DNA of 64,000 nucleotides from Leptolyngbyaceae cyanobacterium. GTDB lineage: Bacteria > Cyanobacteriota > Cyanobacteriia > Phormidesmidales > Phormidesmidaceae. Positions 10,385 to 21,710 of this stretch are shown piece by piece. The notes below the pieces were generated by a model. The model was not told the DNA's origin and made no database searches. It saw only the letters and a list, made by a program, of their open reading frames with translations. Position 1 is the stretch's first letter, and each line of letters starts with the position of its first letter. A program made the position numbers and the translations under genes. The stretch is taken from contig CBDHHL010000032.1 in the NCBI GenBank assembly GCA_965263355.1, forward strand, positions 2,496,001 to 2,560,000. Direction: 5' to 3'.

Positions 10385-12001
10385 ATGAAAGCCATCCATT
10401 GGTTTCGGAACGTAGCCCTAGGCCTAGGCAGTGCTATCCCGCTGGTCTTAGGTAACGGTGCCTTAGCAGCAGATGATGTCACGTTATCCTATGGACTGTT
10501 AGAGCTATCCATATCGGTATCATCGTTGGAAGCCTATGCCTATGACAATCAAGTCACTGATGAATTGAATTTTTATCTCGATTTTCTTAATCAACAGGAG
10601 CGGGAAGACTTTCAAGAGATTTTGACCACTTCCCTCGACCTCAGCCCTACCACCCTATCCCGAGTCCTGTATTCTCCCCTGGCAGAAATCTGGTTGCAGC
10701 GTTTAGGGGAAGTGATTCAAACGGAGTCAAGGCAGAATGGGGCTCGTGGGCTCCGGGGAGCTTTGATTTTGGCCGCTGATGATGACACTGGGCTTACCCT
10801 ATTGAATGTAATACGCCAATTTCCGACGCCGACTCTACGGATCAACTCGGTCAAGATTTTGGATGTTGTCGATACCGTTGTGGAGCTATTGGAGGAAACT
10901 GAGGCTGCGATCGCAACACTAGAAACCCAGGCCAGGATAGAGCTAGCCGCTGTTCCCCCCGTTGACTTTACCCAAAGCCCCGATTTAACCCAGGCTGGTG
11001 GATTTACCTGGCAAACCCGGACATTGAATTTACAGGACCCCCAGCGCGATAGCGTCAACCCTGACTTGTCCGCTCGCACTTTACTAGTCGATCTATATTT
11101 ACCAGACATCAATACTCCGGCCCCTTTAGTCGTTATTTCCCATGGCTTTGGTGGCGATCGCACAAACTTTGTGGATATTGCCCAACACTTAGCCAGCCAT
11201 GGCATAGCCGTAGCAGCCATTGAACATCCCGGCAGTAATTTGCAGCAATTGGAGAACCTGGTGGCGGGGAATGGGTCAGCGGCCATGGCCCCCAATGAAT
11301 TTGTCGATCGTCCCCAGGATATTTCCTATCTATTGGACTATCTTGAAAGTCAACATCAGGGGTACCTGGCCAATCGCTTTAACCTCAATCAGATTGGGGT
11401 TATGGGCCATTCCTTTGGTGGCTATACGGCCCTGGCGGTGACAGGGGCTCGCCTCAATGTTGAACAGTTACAAAGCCGTTGTACCACTGAGCTAGCAAAC
11501 TCCGTCAATCTGTCGATTCCGCTCCAGTGCTTAGCCCTCCAAAGCCAATTTAACCAATCGCTTCAGGATGAACGGGTGAAAGCGGCCTTTGTCTTTAACC
11601 CCATTACCAGTCTAGTGTTCGGTGCAGAAGGGCTGGGCCAGTTGAAGGTGCCCGTGTTGATGTTAAGCGGCAGTGCTGATCCCATTGCCCCGGCCCTGGC
11701 AGAACAAATTCAACCGTTTACCTGGTTAACACCGGTTGAAAAGTATCTAGTACTGCTGCAAGGGGGGCGTCACAATTATGACCAGTCTGGTATGCTGCCA
11801 GACGAATTATCGGGGCCAGATCCAGACCTCGCCCGTCAGTACCTTAAGGCGTTAGGTCTGGCATTTATAAAAACCCATGTGATGCAGCAGTCTGACTATC
11901 GTCAATTTTTGCAGGCAGGCTATGCCCAATATCTAAGTCAAGACCCCCTACGGTTGACAATGATGCAGGATTTATCGCTACAGACATCCCTCGCACCATA
12001 A
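10385..12001 (+). CDS. Exported alpha/beta hydrolase with N-terminal DUF1400
   Basis: Signal peptide, DUF1400-like N-domain (QTESRQNG..LRGALI), SHGFG, EHPGS, GHSFG nucleophile, C-terminal His. Confidence 0.88.
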   Translation: MKAIHWFRNVALGLGSAIPLVLGNGALAADDVTLSYGLLELSISVSSLEAYAYDNQVTDELNFYLDFLNQQEREDFQEILTTSLDLSPTTLSRVLYSPLAEIWLQRLGEVIQTESRQNGARGLRGALILAADDDTGLTLLNVIRQFPTPTLRINSVKILDVVDTVVELLEETEAAIATLETQARIELAAVPPVDFTQSPDLTQAGGFTWQTRTLNLQDPQRDSVNPDLSARTLLVDLYLPDINTPAPLVVISHGFGGDRTNFVDIAQHLASHGIAVAAIEHPGSNLQQLENLVAGNGSAAMAPNEFVDRPQDISYLLDYLESQHQGYLANRFNLNQIGVMGHSFGGYTALAVTGARLNVEQLQSRCTTELANSVNLSIPLQCLALQSQFNQSLQDERVKAAFVFNPITSLVFGAEGLGQLKVPVLMLSGSADPIAPALAEQIQPFTWLTPVEKYLVLLQGGRHNYDQSGMLPDELSGPDPDLARQYLKALGLAFIKTHVMQQSDYRQFLQAGYAQYLSQDPLRLTMMQDLSLQTSLAP

Positions 12002-12142
12002 CTAGGGCAGTATGTACGTATTTACGCCTATTTTATGGGCAGGCTCAGCTGGGTCTGCCCATATTTCCGCATTTATTCTGATGGTAGCGTTAACGCATCA
12101 ACCTAAGTTGGAAATGTCGGTTCTAACACATCACTAACCGTT

Positions 12143-12352
12143 ATGAATACGTGTTTCAAACCAAGACCACTGTTGACCTCTGCCCTGTTTGGCTGTTTGT
12201 TGCCAGCCGCTCCGGCCTATGCAGATGAAGGGCATTGCGTTTACGCAGACAACTGTTTTTTATCCACCCCATCCATTGCGGAATACTGCTTTGAACGACA
12301 AGATTTGAGAATGACGGTGGATGATTGCAAGGATGATTTTGTCTCTATATAA
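12143..12352 (+). CDS. Small putative secreted Cys-rich protein
   Basis: Signal-peptide-like N-terminus ending AYA; 42-aa mature part with 4 Cys. Confidence 0.4.
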   Translation: MNTCFKPRPLLTSALFGCLLPAAPAYADEGHCVYADNCFLSTPSIAEYCFERQDLRMTVDDCKDDFVSI

Positions 12353-12436
12353 ATACTCTATATAAGTAAAGTTGAATTACATCTCAGAGCAAGGATGGTT
12401 GATAATGGAAGGCGTTGTCAAAAACGTTAATCCATT

Positions 12437-12901
12437 ATGCCTGTACCTACTAATCTAGCGACTCTGGATGGTACACCCCTGTCCCCAGATGCGATCGCAA
12501 ATAAAGTCGTTTTGTTCGTTAACGTTGCCAGTGCCTGTGGTTTGACGCCTCAGTATAGTGGCTTGGTAGAACTGGATAAGGCGTATGGTCCCAAGGGTTT
12601 AGTCGTTGTAGGGGTACCCTGCAACCAGTTTGGTGCCCAGGAACCCGGTACTGCTGATGAAATCAAGGAGTTTACTAGGACTAAGTACGATGTAGACTTC
12701 ACACTGCTAGAAAAGCAAGATGTCAATGGCGCTAACCGTAGCCCCCTTTATCAGTTTTTGATTGGTGAAGGAGAGGACATCGAATGGAACTTTGGCAAAT
12801 TTGTCGTCGGTCGTGACGGTGAAGTTGTGGAGCGCTTTGATCCCAAAACTGCCCCCGATGCCCCTGAGCTAAAGGCCGCCATTGAGAAGGCTCTGGGTTA
12901 A
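12437..12901 (+). CDS. Glutathione peroxidase family protein (Cys-type)
   Basis: NVASACGLTPQY, PCNQFGAQEPG, WNFGKF. Confidence 0.95.
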   Translation: MPVPTNLATLDGTPLSPDAIANKVVLFVNVASACGLTPQYSGLVELDKAYGPKGLVVVGVPCNQFGAQEPGTADEIKEFTRTKYDVDFTLLEKQDVNGANRSPLYQFLIGEGEDIEWNFGKFVVGRDGEVVERFDPKTAPDAPELKAAIEKALG

Positions 12902-12926
12902 CCCCCAAGTTCAGATAACCCCATAA

Positions 12927-12957
12927 TCCCCCTTTGTCCTGGTAAGGATAGAGGGGG
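12927..12957 (+). terminator. Hairpin downstream of the GPx gene
   Basis: CCCCCTTTGTCC-loop-GGATAGAGGGGG. Confidence 0.5.
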
Positions 12958-13306
12958 TATTCATTTATTGAACTATGTTCGCCTATGGGCGACTAACAAC
13001 TATGGTGCAAACAGTACAGAAGCTACAAGATAAACGTTGATTAGGTAGTATAAGCGCTGTTTTAGGCCCTGCTTAGAAAAACTCACACCATCAGATATGC
13101 AGAATTCCTCTATTGAGCAAACTTTATAAGTTCTGTGAATAAGACTGTGTGCCTGCAAAGAGGCTGGTTAAAATTCAATGATATCGTCCGTATACAGTTC
13201 AGCTATGTCTAAATAGACGATTTCGATGGTGTATTGTGACCATGCTTTACCTGGCGCTGATAGATGTAGGAGCTGTGATGGACAGTCTTTTGCCATGGAG
13301 GGTGTC

Positions 13307-14137
13307 ATGAAACAGACAGTGGGATCTCGCGAATATAAGGTGATGCTACAGAAGGGCAAGTTCGTGGGGGCAGAAGCTGCGCTAATGGAACGGGCTGGGG
13401 AGTTCTGGCAGGCCTTCAGGGAGGCTATTGAACCAATTGTTTTGGATACAGACGGCAGTTTGGATGAGGTCGAGAAGAGAAGACTCATCAGATTTTATGA
13501 TACTACGGATTGTCGTTTGAAAGGGAATGATTATATTTTTCGAGAGCGCATTGATTTAATTAAGGATAAACGGGAAGTCACACTCAAATTTCGCCATTCG
13601 GATCGTTATGTTTCCCAGGATAGGGATATGGCGGCAGATGATGAAAAGCAGGCAAAGACAAAATTTGAGGAGGATATTAAACTTCCATTTCGGAAGCTGT
13701 ATAGCTTTTCTACAAAACAGCCGATATCAGATAAAAAGAAACTCAACAAACTCAAGGATCCTGGTAAATTATATCCGGATTTGAAGCAGAAGCTTAAGTC
13801 CTATGAGGCGGATGAGCCGATTAAGGTGGTAGGAGACTTCACGGCTAGGGAAGTTGTGATTACGGGGGCTGATTTTCAAATTGGTAAAAGTCCTAAGGTG
13901 GAAGCAGACTGTGCATTAATTGCTTGGTACGATGCGAATGGTGCTGGGGATGAACCGGGGGTGGTTGAGTTTAGTTTCAAGTATGAGAATAAGACAGAAG
14001 ATTACGATGGTCAGGTGGCTCAACGGGCATATGAGGTATTTCAGATGTTAGGGCAGCAGGAAAATACATTAGCGGATTGGGTGTATCCAGATGGGCTAAC
14101 TAAGACGGCTTATGTGTATTCAAAATGTACGGACTAG
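13307..14137 (+). CDS. Hypothetical protein, CYTH/triphosphate-tunnel-like
   Basis: N-terminal REYK, F.DT...L....FRER, TLKFR, KFEEDI, VEFSFK pattern. GGAGGG upstream of ATG 13307. Confidence 0.6.
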   Translation: MKQTVGSREYKVMLQKGKFVGAEAALMERAGEFWQAFREAIEPIVLDTDGSLDEVEKRRLIRFYDTTDCRLKGNDYIFRERIDLIKDKREVTLKFRHSDRYVSQDRDMAADDEKQAKTKFEEDIKLPFRKLYSFSTKQPISDKKKLNKLKDPGKLYPDLKQKLKSYEADEPIKVVGDFTAREVVITGADFQIGKSPKVEADCALIAWYDANGAGDEPGVVEFSFKYENKTEDYDGQVAQRAYEVFQMLGQQENTLADWVYPDGLTKTAYVYSKCTD

Positions 14138-14317
14138 GGTTTTGTGTTGGGTATGACCTTATGGCATTTCGCCATAGCTACCCTTCAATCACTCCTTGAA
14201 TCGATGGCTAGTCGATGCCTTAGCTTTTTGCATTAGCGTAACTTCTCTTTGAAAATCACCTGCACCTTTGCAAGTGGACAAAGATCAGTCATTCTAATTT
14301 TCACTAAAATCGTGGCT

Positions 14318-16702
14318 TTAGACAGCATGAATCATTCCTTCAGCTATATATTGCTCAAGTAATTCCTCAATTTCTTCCGCTTTAAATTGCTTAGCCAATT
14401 GAAAAATGGGTTCGGCAAAGGGAAGATAGGTTTTCTCTTGACTTATCAGGCGCTCAAGTTGCTCACATAACAGTTTTAGATCACCCATTTGGGTGGGTGC
14501 CAAGAGACGTTCTAACGTTTCCTGCGGAGGCAAGATCAATTCAGCAGGTTTGCACTCTGCCAACATCGGGTCATCGCCCTGGGATTCATAGAGCCACTCC
14601 AAGTTCAAATGGACGGCCAGTAGCTGCACCAGTTGCTTCGCATCCACAGGTTTAGCCAGAAAATCATCCCCACCTGCATCCAAGGCCATTTGCTGATCAG
14701 GCTGACTCACCGATGCAGAGGAAACGATTATCTTAGTATGTTGCAATATCTCACTATTGCGGACATGCTGCAAAAATTCAAACCCATCCATTATCGGCAT
14801 TACTAAATCAGTAATCACTAGATCGGGTTGGGCTGATTTGAGTTGCTCTAAACCTTCCTGGCCATTGGCAGCTGCAATTACTTTGAAATCCAAAGACCCT
14901 AGTAAATTAGTTAGAACGGCTTGGTTCTCCCAACGGTCATCGATAACCAAAATAGTCTGGCGATTGCCTACATAACCAATGATGCGATCGCTTTCTGAAA
15001 TCTCTTGTTGTTTAACCCAATCCTCAACCTGAGGGACTTCGATAGTGAAGAAGAACTCGCTCCCGACTCCCAGGTGGCTTTTAAGCTGAATCTTACCGCC
15101 CATTAGTTGTACGATACGTTGACTAATCGCCAGTCCTAGTCCGGTTCCTTGAGCCTGTTTTTTATGATCTCCAACTTGTTCAAACACTTCAAATAGCTTA
15201 GCAAAGTCGGTCTCAGCAATACCTACGCCAGTGTCAACGACCTGAAAGAACAGACTTGAGCGAGTATCAGATGGCGCCAAAACATCCACACGCAGGGTAA
15301 CGGTACCACTGTCGGTAAATTTAATCGCATTGCTCAGGAGATTAATCAAAACCTGGCGCAGACGCTTTTCATCAATTTCAATTCCTTCTGGCAAACGGGA
15401 GCTAGCCTGATAAACAAACTCGATACCCTTTTGCTCTGCTCGAATTTTGCACATTTCTACCACACTTAGTAGTAGAGATGGTAAGTGGACTGCAGCAGGC
15501 GCAAGGTCTAGCTTGTACGCCTCAATTTTAGAGAGATCTAAAATGTCATTAATTAACGTGAGCAGGTGTGCTCCACATTGATGGATAATATTGATCCCAT
15601 GCCGTTCTTGCTTGTCTAAGGTTTTAGTTCGCCCCAAGATTTGAGCATAGCCCAGGATGCCATTCAGCGGTGTTCGCAACTCATGACTCATGTTTGCCAA
15701 AAAATCGCTCTTCGCCTGGTTTGCAACTTCTGCTTGATCTTTCGCTTGGGCTAACTCGGCTGTCCGCACTTCAACACGCTGTTCGAGTTCTTCGTTCGTT
15801 TGTTCTAGTGTTGTAAATGCTTCCTGTAACCGCAGCACCATATCTCTAAACGTTTGAGCGAGAATACCAAGCTCATCATGGGGAAATTCTTTTGTGGGTA
15901 ACAGATTATATTTTCCCTCACCAATGGTTTGGGCAAGCTGCGTTAATCGGCTTAGGGGTGATGTGACAACACCAGAGGTAACATAAACCAACCCAAATAG
16001 AGCACTATAGGTGATACCAAATGCTAATAGTATCTGATTCCTAACACTGGATTTAACTTCGTTAATATAGCTAGCTTCAAAGTCAAGGCCTAGGAGAACT
16101 ACAGTGTCTCCCTCTGAGTTCTTGAGTGGATAGTATGTCGATATCCAGGAGCCGAATTTGTCGGTGTACAGCGGTCTTTCTGAAATGACACCTGCTTGAA
16201 AGGTTTGAAGTGAATAGTCGCTGGGAATTCCGACTTCTAGAAAATGAGCGGCATTATCAGGGTTATGATAGACGCTAAGATCACCCAGATAGACTGAATA
16301 CAAACCTGTTTCATTATCAGGTGGAGTAACGTGTGGATTGTCTGGTTGACCTTCGACCATAATATAGGTAAACAACCAGGCACGGGGTTCAACGTCATGA
16401 ACTTGCTCAAACCAGTCTAACTGTTTGAGGTATCGTGGATCGTCAGATGTACCGTCTGGGTTAGGCGTTCCTTCACGATACAGTGCGATTAATTCGTCAA
16501 GATCTAACCCTTTTGCTGTTCCGCTTGCAGTATTCCGCATGTCTTCTCGTATCTGGCCCATTGCTTTATTTACGGAAAAGCTGTAAAACCAGTAAAAAGC
16601 TGTCGCAAACACCACACTAAAGGCAACTGTAAAACCAGCCAATAGTTTCCATCTCAGACTAATAAATTTTTTTGAGTTTTTAGAGATTAGAGGCTGATTC
16701 AT
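14318..16702 (-). CDS. Hybrid sensor histidine kinase (periplasmic sensor-HAMP-HisKA-HATPase-REC)
   Basis: Two TM helices, [36 protein letters not shown], receiver with DD/D/K. Confidence 0.95.
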   Translation of the reverse strand: MNQPLISKNSKKFISLRWKLLAGFTVAFSVVFATAFYWFYSFSVNKAMGQIREDMRNTASGTAKGLDLDELIALYREGTPNPDGTSDDPRYLKQLDWFEQVHDVEPRAWLFTYIMVEGQPDNPHVTPPDNETGLYSVYLGDLSVYHNPDNAAHFLEVGIPSDYSLQTFQAGVISERPLYTDKFGSWISTYYPLKNSEGDTVVLLGLDFEASYINEVKSSVRNQILLAFGITYSALFGLVYVTSGVVTSPLSRLTQLAQTIGEGKYNLLPTKEFPHDELGILAQTFRDMVLRLQEAFTTLEQTNEELEQRVEVRTAELAQAKDQAEVANQAKSDFLANMSHELRTPLNGILGYAQILGRTKTLDKQERHGINIIHQCGAHLLTLINDILDLSKIEAYKLDLAPAAVHLPSLLLSVVEMCKIRAEQKGIEFVYQASSRLPEGIEIDEKRLRQVLINLLSNAIKFTDSGTVTLRVDVLAPSDTRSSLFFQVVDTGVGIAETDFAKLFEVFEQVGDHKKQAQGTGLGLAISQRIVQLMGGKIQLKSHLGVGSEFFFTIEVPQVEDWVKQQEISESDRIIGYVGNRQTILVIDDRWENQAVLTNLLGSLDFKVIAAANGQEGLEQLKSAQPDLVITDLVMPIMDGFEFLQHVRNSEILQHTKIIVSSASVSQPDQQMALDAGGDDFLAKPVDAKQLVQLLAVHLNLEWLYESQGDDPMLAECKPAELILPPQETLERLLAPTQMGDLKLLCEQLERLISQEKTYLPFAEPIFQLAKQFKAEEIEELLEQYIAEGMIHAV

Positions 16703-16919
16703 GTTGTCTAGTCACCTGGTATTCGATAAACGTTATGGATGGCTTTTTATGATGCCCCCTTGGCCCTAGGCTTCCCTGGACCCTATGATACGCAACTTAT
16801 TTCATTTTGGAATTCGATAGTCCTATTTCAGGAAGGCTAGAGAATAGTAATTCTTGCTCGAAACCTTTATTCCCCAAGGAATTATGGGTAATGCTATTTT
16901 TCTCTGTCCCGCACTTAAT

Positions 16920-17577
16920 AGCACTACCGATGGTACGACCCAGCTGGTGGCTAAAGACCATGGGAGGCAGATGGATGCGATCGCAATTATTCACCGAGAT
17001 TTTTCAGAAATGCAAGCCCTAAGTTCAACCATTTCTACCCAGTCAATCCTCAAGAAAGCGGTCATTCCAGCAGCTGGTTTTGGCACGAGAATGTTTCCAG
17101 CGACCAAAGTGGTCAAAGATGCCTGGAGAGATTATCCACAAAGCGGGCTGTGTCACCGGCACCTGGCAGGGACCCAACGCCGTTTTGAACATTACTAACC
17201 TGTACGAAAAACCTGACCTGGAGTATGCCTAAACCCATCTCCATGTGCCCGGTATGCCAGAATCAGATTTTTCAGGTGTGTTTGGCATGTATGCACTCAC
17301 ATCGGAGATTTTTGACGCGCTGGAAACAGAAATTAAGAATAATCTGCGGTACCGGGGAGAGTTTCAGCTGACCACATGCCTGGAGCGGTTACGGGAAGCC
17401 TCTGGCATGGTGGGCTGTTTGGTAAAGGGACAGTATTTTGACGCTGGCATGCCTCAGTTTTATCGACAGACCATGCACGATTACGCGCTGTCTACCCCAC
17501 CTTCCACCCGTTCCATGGTTCTACCTGGAACATCCACAAATGCCCCTGACATCCATGCTAAGACAGAGTCTCAATAG
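16920..17577 (+). pseudogene. Remnant of a sugar-phosphate nucleotidyltransferase (GalU-like), probably with a GHMP-kinase C-terminal tail
   Basis: KKAVIPAAGFGTRMFPATK jumps, with a frame change near 17118, to ..GCVTG..LYEKP..; in-frame TAA at 17230-17232; GEFQLT and YFDAG follow. The preceding DGTTQLVAKD..IIHRDF resembles a kinase C-terminus (recalled, not searched). Confidence 0.8.
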
Positions 17578-17735
17578 GGATACTTAACCTGGCAAGCGAA
17601 GTTAGCTGGCCGTTGCTGATTTAGAGGATGAATTGATCTATTAGGGGCACCATATATCATGCAGATGAAATCATACTGGTGATCAGCAACGCCCAGAAGT
17701 ATTTGTTTTGAACTGAGTCAGAGTTAGGACTAAAC

Positions 17736-18251
17736 TTATCGCTGTGGAATCAACACCGTATCAATTACATGGATCACACCATTGGTTGCAGTAATATCTG
17801 CTGTCTCAACAGTGGCACCATTAATTGTTACCTGTTGACCCACATTCACTTGCAAAGGCAAGCCATTTTTACTGTCCACAGCGCCTGAAGAAAGCTGATC
17901 AGACGTTACGCTACCACCAATGACATGGTAAGCAAGAACGTCATACAATGTCTCTCTATTTTCAGGTTTATAGAGACTTTCGAGTGTTCCTTCAGATAAA
18001 CGGTCAAAGGCTTCATCTGTGGGGGCAAAGACGGTAAATTCCTTGCCATTAGAGCCATCAAACGCACCTATCCAACCTGCATGTTCCAGGAGAGAAACTA
18101 GAACATCAAAGGAATCATCTGCACTAGCAATCTGGGCAATGCTCTGATTACTGGTACTTTGGGCAGTTACAGGTAATGCGATCAACAAGCTAGTGAACCC
18201 GATACTAGCAACTTTAAGACATTGTGCCGTCAGTTTAGAAAAACGTATCAT
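17736..18251 (-). CDS. Fasciclin (FAS1) domain protein
   Basis: Signal peptide, FTVFAPTDEAF, LAYHVI, NGVIHVIDTVL. Confidence 0.95.
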   Translation of the reverse strand: MIRFSKLTAQCLKVASIGFTSLLIALPVTAQSTSNQSIAQIASADDSFDVLVSLLEHAGWIGAFDGSNGKEFTVFAPTDEAFDRLSEGTLESLYKPENRETLYDVLAYHVIGGSVTSDQLSSGAVDSKNGLPLQVNVGQQVTINGATVETADITATNGVIHVIDTVLIPQR

Positions 18252-18552
18252 AGCCTAGTGAATTTCCTACAAAGATCATGTCGTCATTAGCTCAGCCGCC
18301 GTCAGTCACTTAGTGACTCAAATTGGCAAAGACAAAGCCTCGGATGCCCTGTAAGCATTCCATAGACGCAGATAATATTTTTGAGGTCAGAATTAATCTT
18401 TCTTGAGTAGACACTTAAAATCATTAGAACTCGCTGAGTGCGTCTATCTAAAAATGGCTATTTACAAAGCTCAGCAGTGACATTGTCAAAAATAACAGAA
18501 GTTGTGCTGTGAGATAGCGTTCATCACTCTGTCAGAATAGAATAACATTGAA

Positions 18553-18759
18553 ATGGAGTTGGATTCTAGTGAAGGACTTATCGGTGCCTATACCGCTGGG
18601 TGCCCAATCGGTCAGGGACCTCCAGACAAAGTAAAGACCATTGCAGGAATGCAATACATTGCCCAAAAAGGAGAACTTTACTTTAATCTACATACCAAAG
18701 GACAGACCTTTTATGGCGAAATGCGGGGCAAGCTAAATCCGATTACATTCAGTGCATAG
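18553..18759 (+). pseudogene. C-terminal fragment of a CHRD-domain protein
   Basis: GELYFNLHT...GEMRG is the CHRD C-terminal signature; the N-terminal part is absent. Confidence 0.6.
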
Positions 18760-18794
18760 GTGGGCGCTTATATGAGAGGCAAGAGGTAGGACTC

Positions 18795-19127
18795 ATGGAT
18801 ATAATCCTGGTGTTGCAAGGGCTTTTACTGCTGACTATCATTGGATTAGTCGTCTACCTATGGCGACGAAACTGTCTGCTGTCCCAACATCTCCAAACTC
18901 AACAGCAGCTCATGGAACAAACCTTTCACAAAATCCATAATGGCCCCTTGCAACTGCAATCCTATCTCATCCGAGAATTACAAAAGCGAGAAATACCTCA
19001 ACAAAAACTCATTGATCACCTACAGAGTACCTACCGAGATGTTCAAACAGACATTGAGGCCCTAAGAACTCCATATAGCAAACTCCAGGTTTCAACTTGG
19101 ACATGGTTTACTCGCTTAATTCCTTGA
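18795..19127 (+). CDS. Small membrane protein resembling the TM + H-box of a histidine kinase, without HATPase
   Basis: One TM, coiled coil, TFHKIHNGPLQ (HisKA_3-like). Overlaps the end of the convergent gene. Confidence 0.5.
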   Translation: MDIILVLQGLLLLTIIGLVVYLWRRNCLLSQHLQTQQQLMEQTFHKIHNGPLQLQSYLIRELQKREIPQQKLIDHLQSTYRDVQTDIEALRTPYSKLQVSTWTWFTRLIP

Positions 19128-19545
19128 TCAGTGTTAATGCCTTAGGCCAGCTGGATTCAAACATCTCAACAAAATCATTGTGAGTTTTGATTTCAATGGC
19201 TAAAGTCGTGACGTTATCTGCTTCGGTTAACCTATATTCCTCAGTAGTTCCCACCCAATTGCTTACCATCTCACCATCGGTACTTTCTTCCCCCTCTTTG
19301 CTAATAACTGAAACATGACGAACCAGAATATGCTCATTTGGGACAAGTGCTTCAATAAAAGCTTTGGTGCCACCCATGTCGGGATCCAAGAACTTAATGT
19401 AGGTGCCTTGTTTCCACTCACCATCAGCATAGGAGTTGGGTGAAAAGGCTTTTACCCACTGAGAATATTTTTCCATCTCAGTTAACGTCCTCCAAACAGA
19501 GGTTTGGGGACCATTAATGTATACTTCATAGTTTAAGGTTTCCAT
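19108..19545 (-). CDS. SRPBCC/START-like domain protein
   Basis: VYINGPQTSVW..LT...YSQW; C-terminal helix WPKAL..IKEL. Confidence 0.8.
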   Translation of the reverse strand: METLNYEVYINGPQTSVWRTLTEMEKYSQWVKAFSPNSYADGEWKQGTYIKFLDPDMGGTKAFIEALVPNEHILVRHVSVISKEGEESTDGEMVSNWVGTTEEYRLTEADNVTTLAIEIKTHNDFVEMFESSWPKALTLIKELSE

Positions 19546-19636
19546 TGGTCTTCCTCACTAACTAAAGGGTTACACGCGAATGAAAGTTTAATATCGATTG
19601 TTTTTTAGGGGTGCACCGATGTATGTCCTTCCTTTA

Positions 19637-20047
19637 TTAACCAGCGTTGTCGCAATTGATCATCCATGGAATACCAAACTGGTCCACCAGCATGCCAAAT
19701 TTGACTGCCCAGAAAGTCTCCTGAATTGGCATAGTTACCGTGCCATTTTCTGCTAAAGCGTTAAATGCTAGCTCTGCCTCTGCCGGATCGTCAATGGCAA
19801 CCATGAGGGAGGTTCCTTGAATCGCTTTGTATTGATCTGGCATACAGTCAGAGCCCATCAGAATGAAGTCTCCTAATCTGAACTCACCATGCATTACCTT
19901 TTTGCCCCATTCTGGGGAGACTTCTGCTTCCATAGGAGAGCCTTTGTAAGGAATCATGGACTCGATCTTGCCACCCAGACATTGTTCATAAAATTTGAAT
20001 GCAGTTTCACAGCGACCATCAAATGAAAGATAGGGACTTAATTGCAT
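19637..20047 (-). CDS. VOC family protein (PhnB-like)
   Basis: PYLSFDGRCE.AF.FY, MH, MGSD, TFWA..FGMLVDQFGIPWMIN. Confidence 0.92.
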   Translation of the reverse strand: MQLSPYLSFDGRCETAFKFYEQCLGGKIESMIPYKGSPMEAEVSPEWGKKVMHGEFRLGDFILMGSDCMPDQYKAIQGTSLMVAIDDPAEAELAFNALAENGTVTMPIQETFWAVKFGMLVDQFGIPWMINCDNAG

Positions 20048-20294
20048 AATGCTCTCCTTAAATGTGCTTAAAAACGACAGACTGTCAGGTTAAAACAGAT
20101 CAATGATATTGGAGTTGATTTGAGTGCCCCGAGCAATATAGTTCAATTGTACTTATTTTTTCGAATTTCTTAAATCCAAGAAATTTTTCTTAAAAAATGC
20201 TGCCCAAAGCAAAATTTAGAATTTGCTTTAATACATAGCTGTAGGGATATCCCTACGCCGTTCTAAGGCAAGGACTAGCAAGTAGCTTCCATCG

Positions 20295-20819
20295 ATGGTA
20301 GATATCATTGGCCATATTCAAACCGACTTAGGGCAACTGCAAACTTGGGTAGAGCAACAACCCGTTACAGAGTTGCTGAAAAGTAATTACGCTCGGGGGC
20401 GGTTAGAATGCTATTACGGATTGGCGGTTGATCTAAAAAAGCAACCTAAGATTGTTCCTGCTCGTCAGGATGTGCGAGTAGATGTCCTAGGAGATCGGTT
20501 GCTGCCTCAATGGCACTCTGCCTTGTTATGTAAATATCTGCCTGGCGTTGGTATTAACCCCCATCGAGACCACACTTGCTTTCAGCCCTGGGCGGTGATG
20601 GTAAATATTGGAGAAGCCCGTTTTTTTGAATATCACGGTCGAGAGCGAGTTGTCACACCGTTACATAGTGGTGATGTTGTACGGATTAATACAAAGATTT
20701 TACACGGAGTTGAACCGGTTACATCTGTGCGTTACTCACTAACATTTCGACATATTAAGGCTGATTTTTTGACATTGCCCATTAAGTTTTTTGGGAAAGA
20801 CTCTAGGTTGAAAAGATAA
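20295..20819 (+). CDS. 2OG-Fe(II) dioxygenase, AlkB-like
   Basis: HxD (PHRD), distal HGV, RYSLTFR. Confidence 0.8.
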   Translation: MVDIIGHIQTDLGQLQTWVEQQPVTELLKSNYARGRLECYYGLAVDLKKQPKIVPARQDVRVDVLGDRLLPQWHSALLCKYLPGVGINPHRDHTCFQPWAVMVNIGEARFFEYHGRERVVTPLHSGDVVRINTKILHGVEPVTSVRYSLTFRHIKADFLTLPIKFFGKDSRLKR

Positions 20820-20900
20820 TTCACTCGGCTAGTGTTTTTAACTAATCCCTTCGTGTTATCCAAAAAGCCGCTTAAAGATATTTGGAGCTTCACTCCCAAA

Positions 20901-21710
20901 TCAGACCACATCCGGTAGCGGAAACTTCTCACCCGCTAAATACGCATCAAAATGCCGCTTAAAATATCGCCACGAAGTAACATTCTCACCCTCTATTCGA
21001 GCCTCAGGAGCATGTCGATAGGCCGGAATCCGCGTACTAATCTGCTCCTGTAAAAGCTCCGGTAGCTCCTCAAACCCCTTTAGCTTACGCCCACTAGCAC
21101 TATAAATCAGCTGCCCAGCCCGGTCCCCCATCTTCATCCAGGGCACCCAGGGACCCAACCGATCCCACCCCAAAATCACATTCGAGATAGACGTCGATTC
21201 AAGATTGCGCAATTCCCGAGTCGGCACCGTCAACTTAAACAACTCAATCGCCTGATAAAGCGACTGAGGACTATACTCCACAAAGCGCTCATCACCCCCT
21301 AACGGATTGGGATAGGACGTAAACAAATCAAACACAAACGTCGTAAAATCTCCGTCCACTTTAGCCCCATACCGTCCCTTAAACGGCTGTTGTCCCTGAA
21401 CAGGATTATTAGCAACATGCATCACCGTTACAGTCTCCCTTGTCCAGGGATTTTTCCAGCTATGCAAAATCTCATCCGTTTCTGGATCGAGATAATATGT
21501 CAACTCCCGTGAAACAAAATTCCAGCTTTCATCCCGGTTATCGAGACAACGACTCACATTCATGCCAACAATGTTGAACAGATGGACCTTTGGTTTACCG
21601 GGCAAAAAAGCATAAACCGCACCACTCCAGGTGAGAAATGCTTGCTCTCCTGTTGTCGAGTTACGGACTTTAACCCAGTCACGGGCACCAAACTGTTCAG
21701 TCATTACCAT
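20901..21710 (-). CDS. DUF1838 family protein
   Basis: W.G.VYAF.PG, SRELTYYLDP, W.NPWT.ETV.V.HVANNPV, R.GPW.PWMKMG. Confidence 0.8.
   Translation of the reverse strand: MVMTEQFGARDWVKVRNSTTGEQAFLTWSGAVYAFLPGKPKVHLFNIVGMNVSRCLDNRDESWNFVSRELTYYLDPETDEILHSWKNPWTRETVTVMHVANNPVQGQQPFKGRYGAKVDGDFTTFVFDLFTSYPNPLGGDERFVEYSPQSLYQAIELFKLTVPTRELRNLESTSISNVILGWDRLGPWVPWMKMGDRAGQLIYSASGRKLKGFEELPELLQEQISTRIPAYRHAPEARIEGENVTSWRYFKRHFDAYLAGEKFPLPDVV

Noticed and set aside
12437..12901. Selenocysteine GPx
   Set aside because: The active-site codon is TGT (Cys); there is no in-frame TGA.
14233..14328. MLSKATILV mini-ORF overlapping the kinase stop as a relic response regulator
   Set aside because: Only about 9 residues resemble a receiver start, which is not enough evidence.
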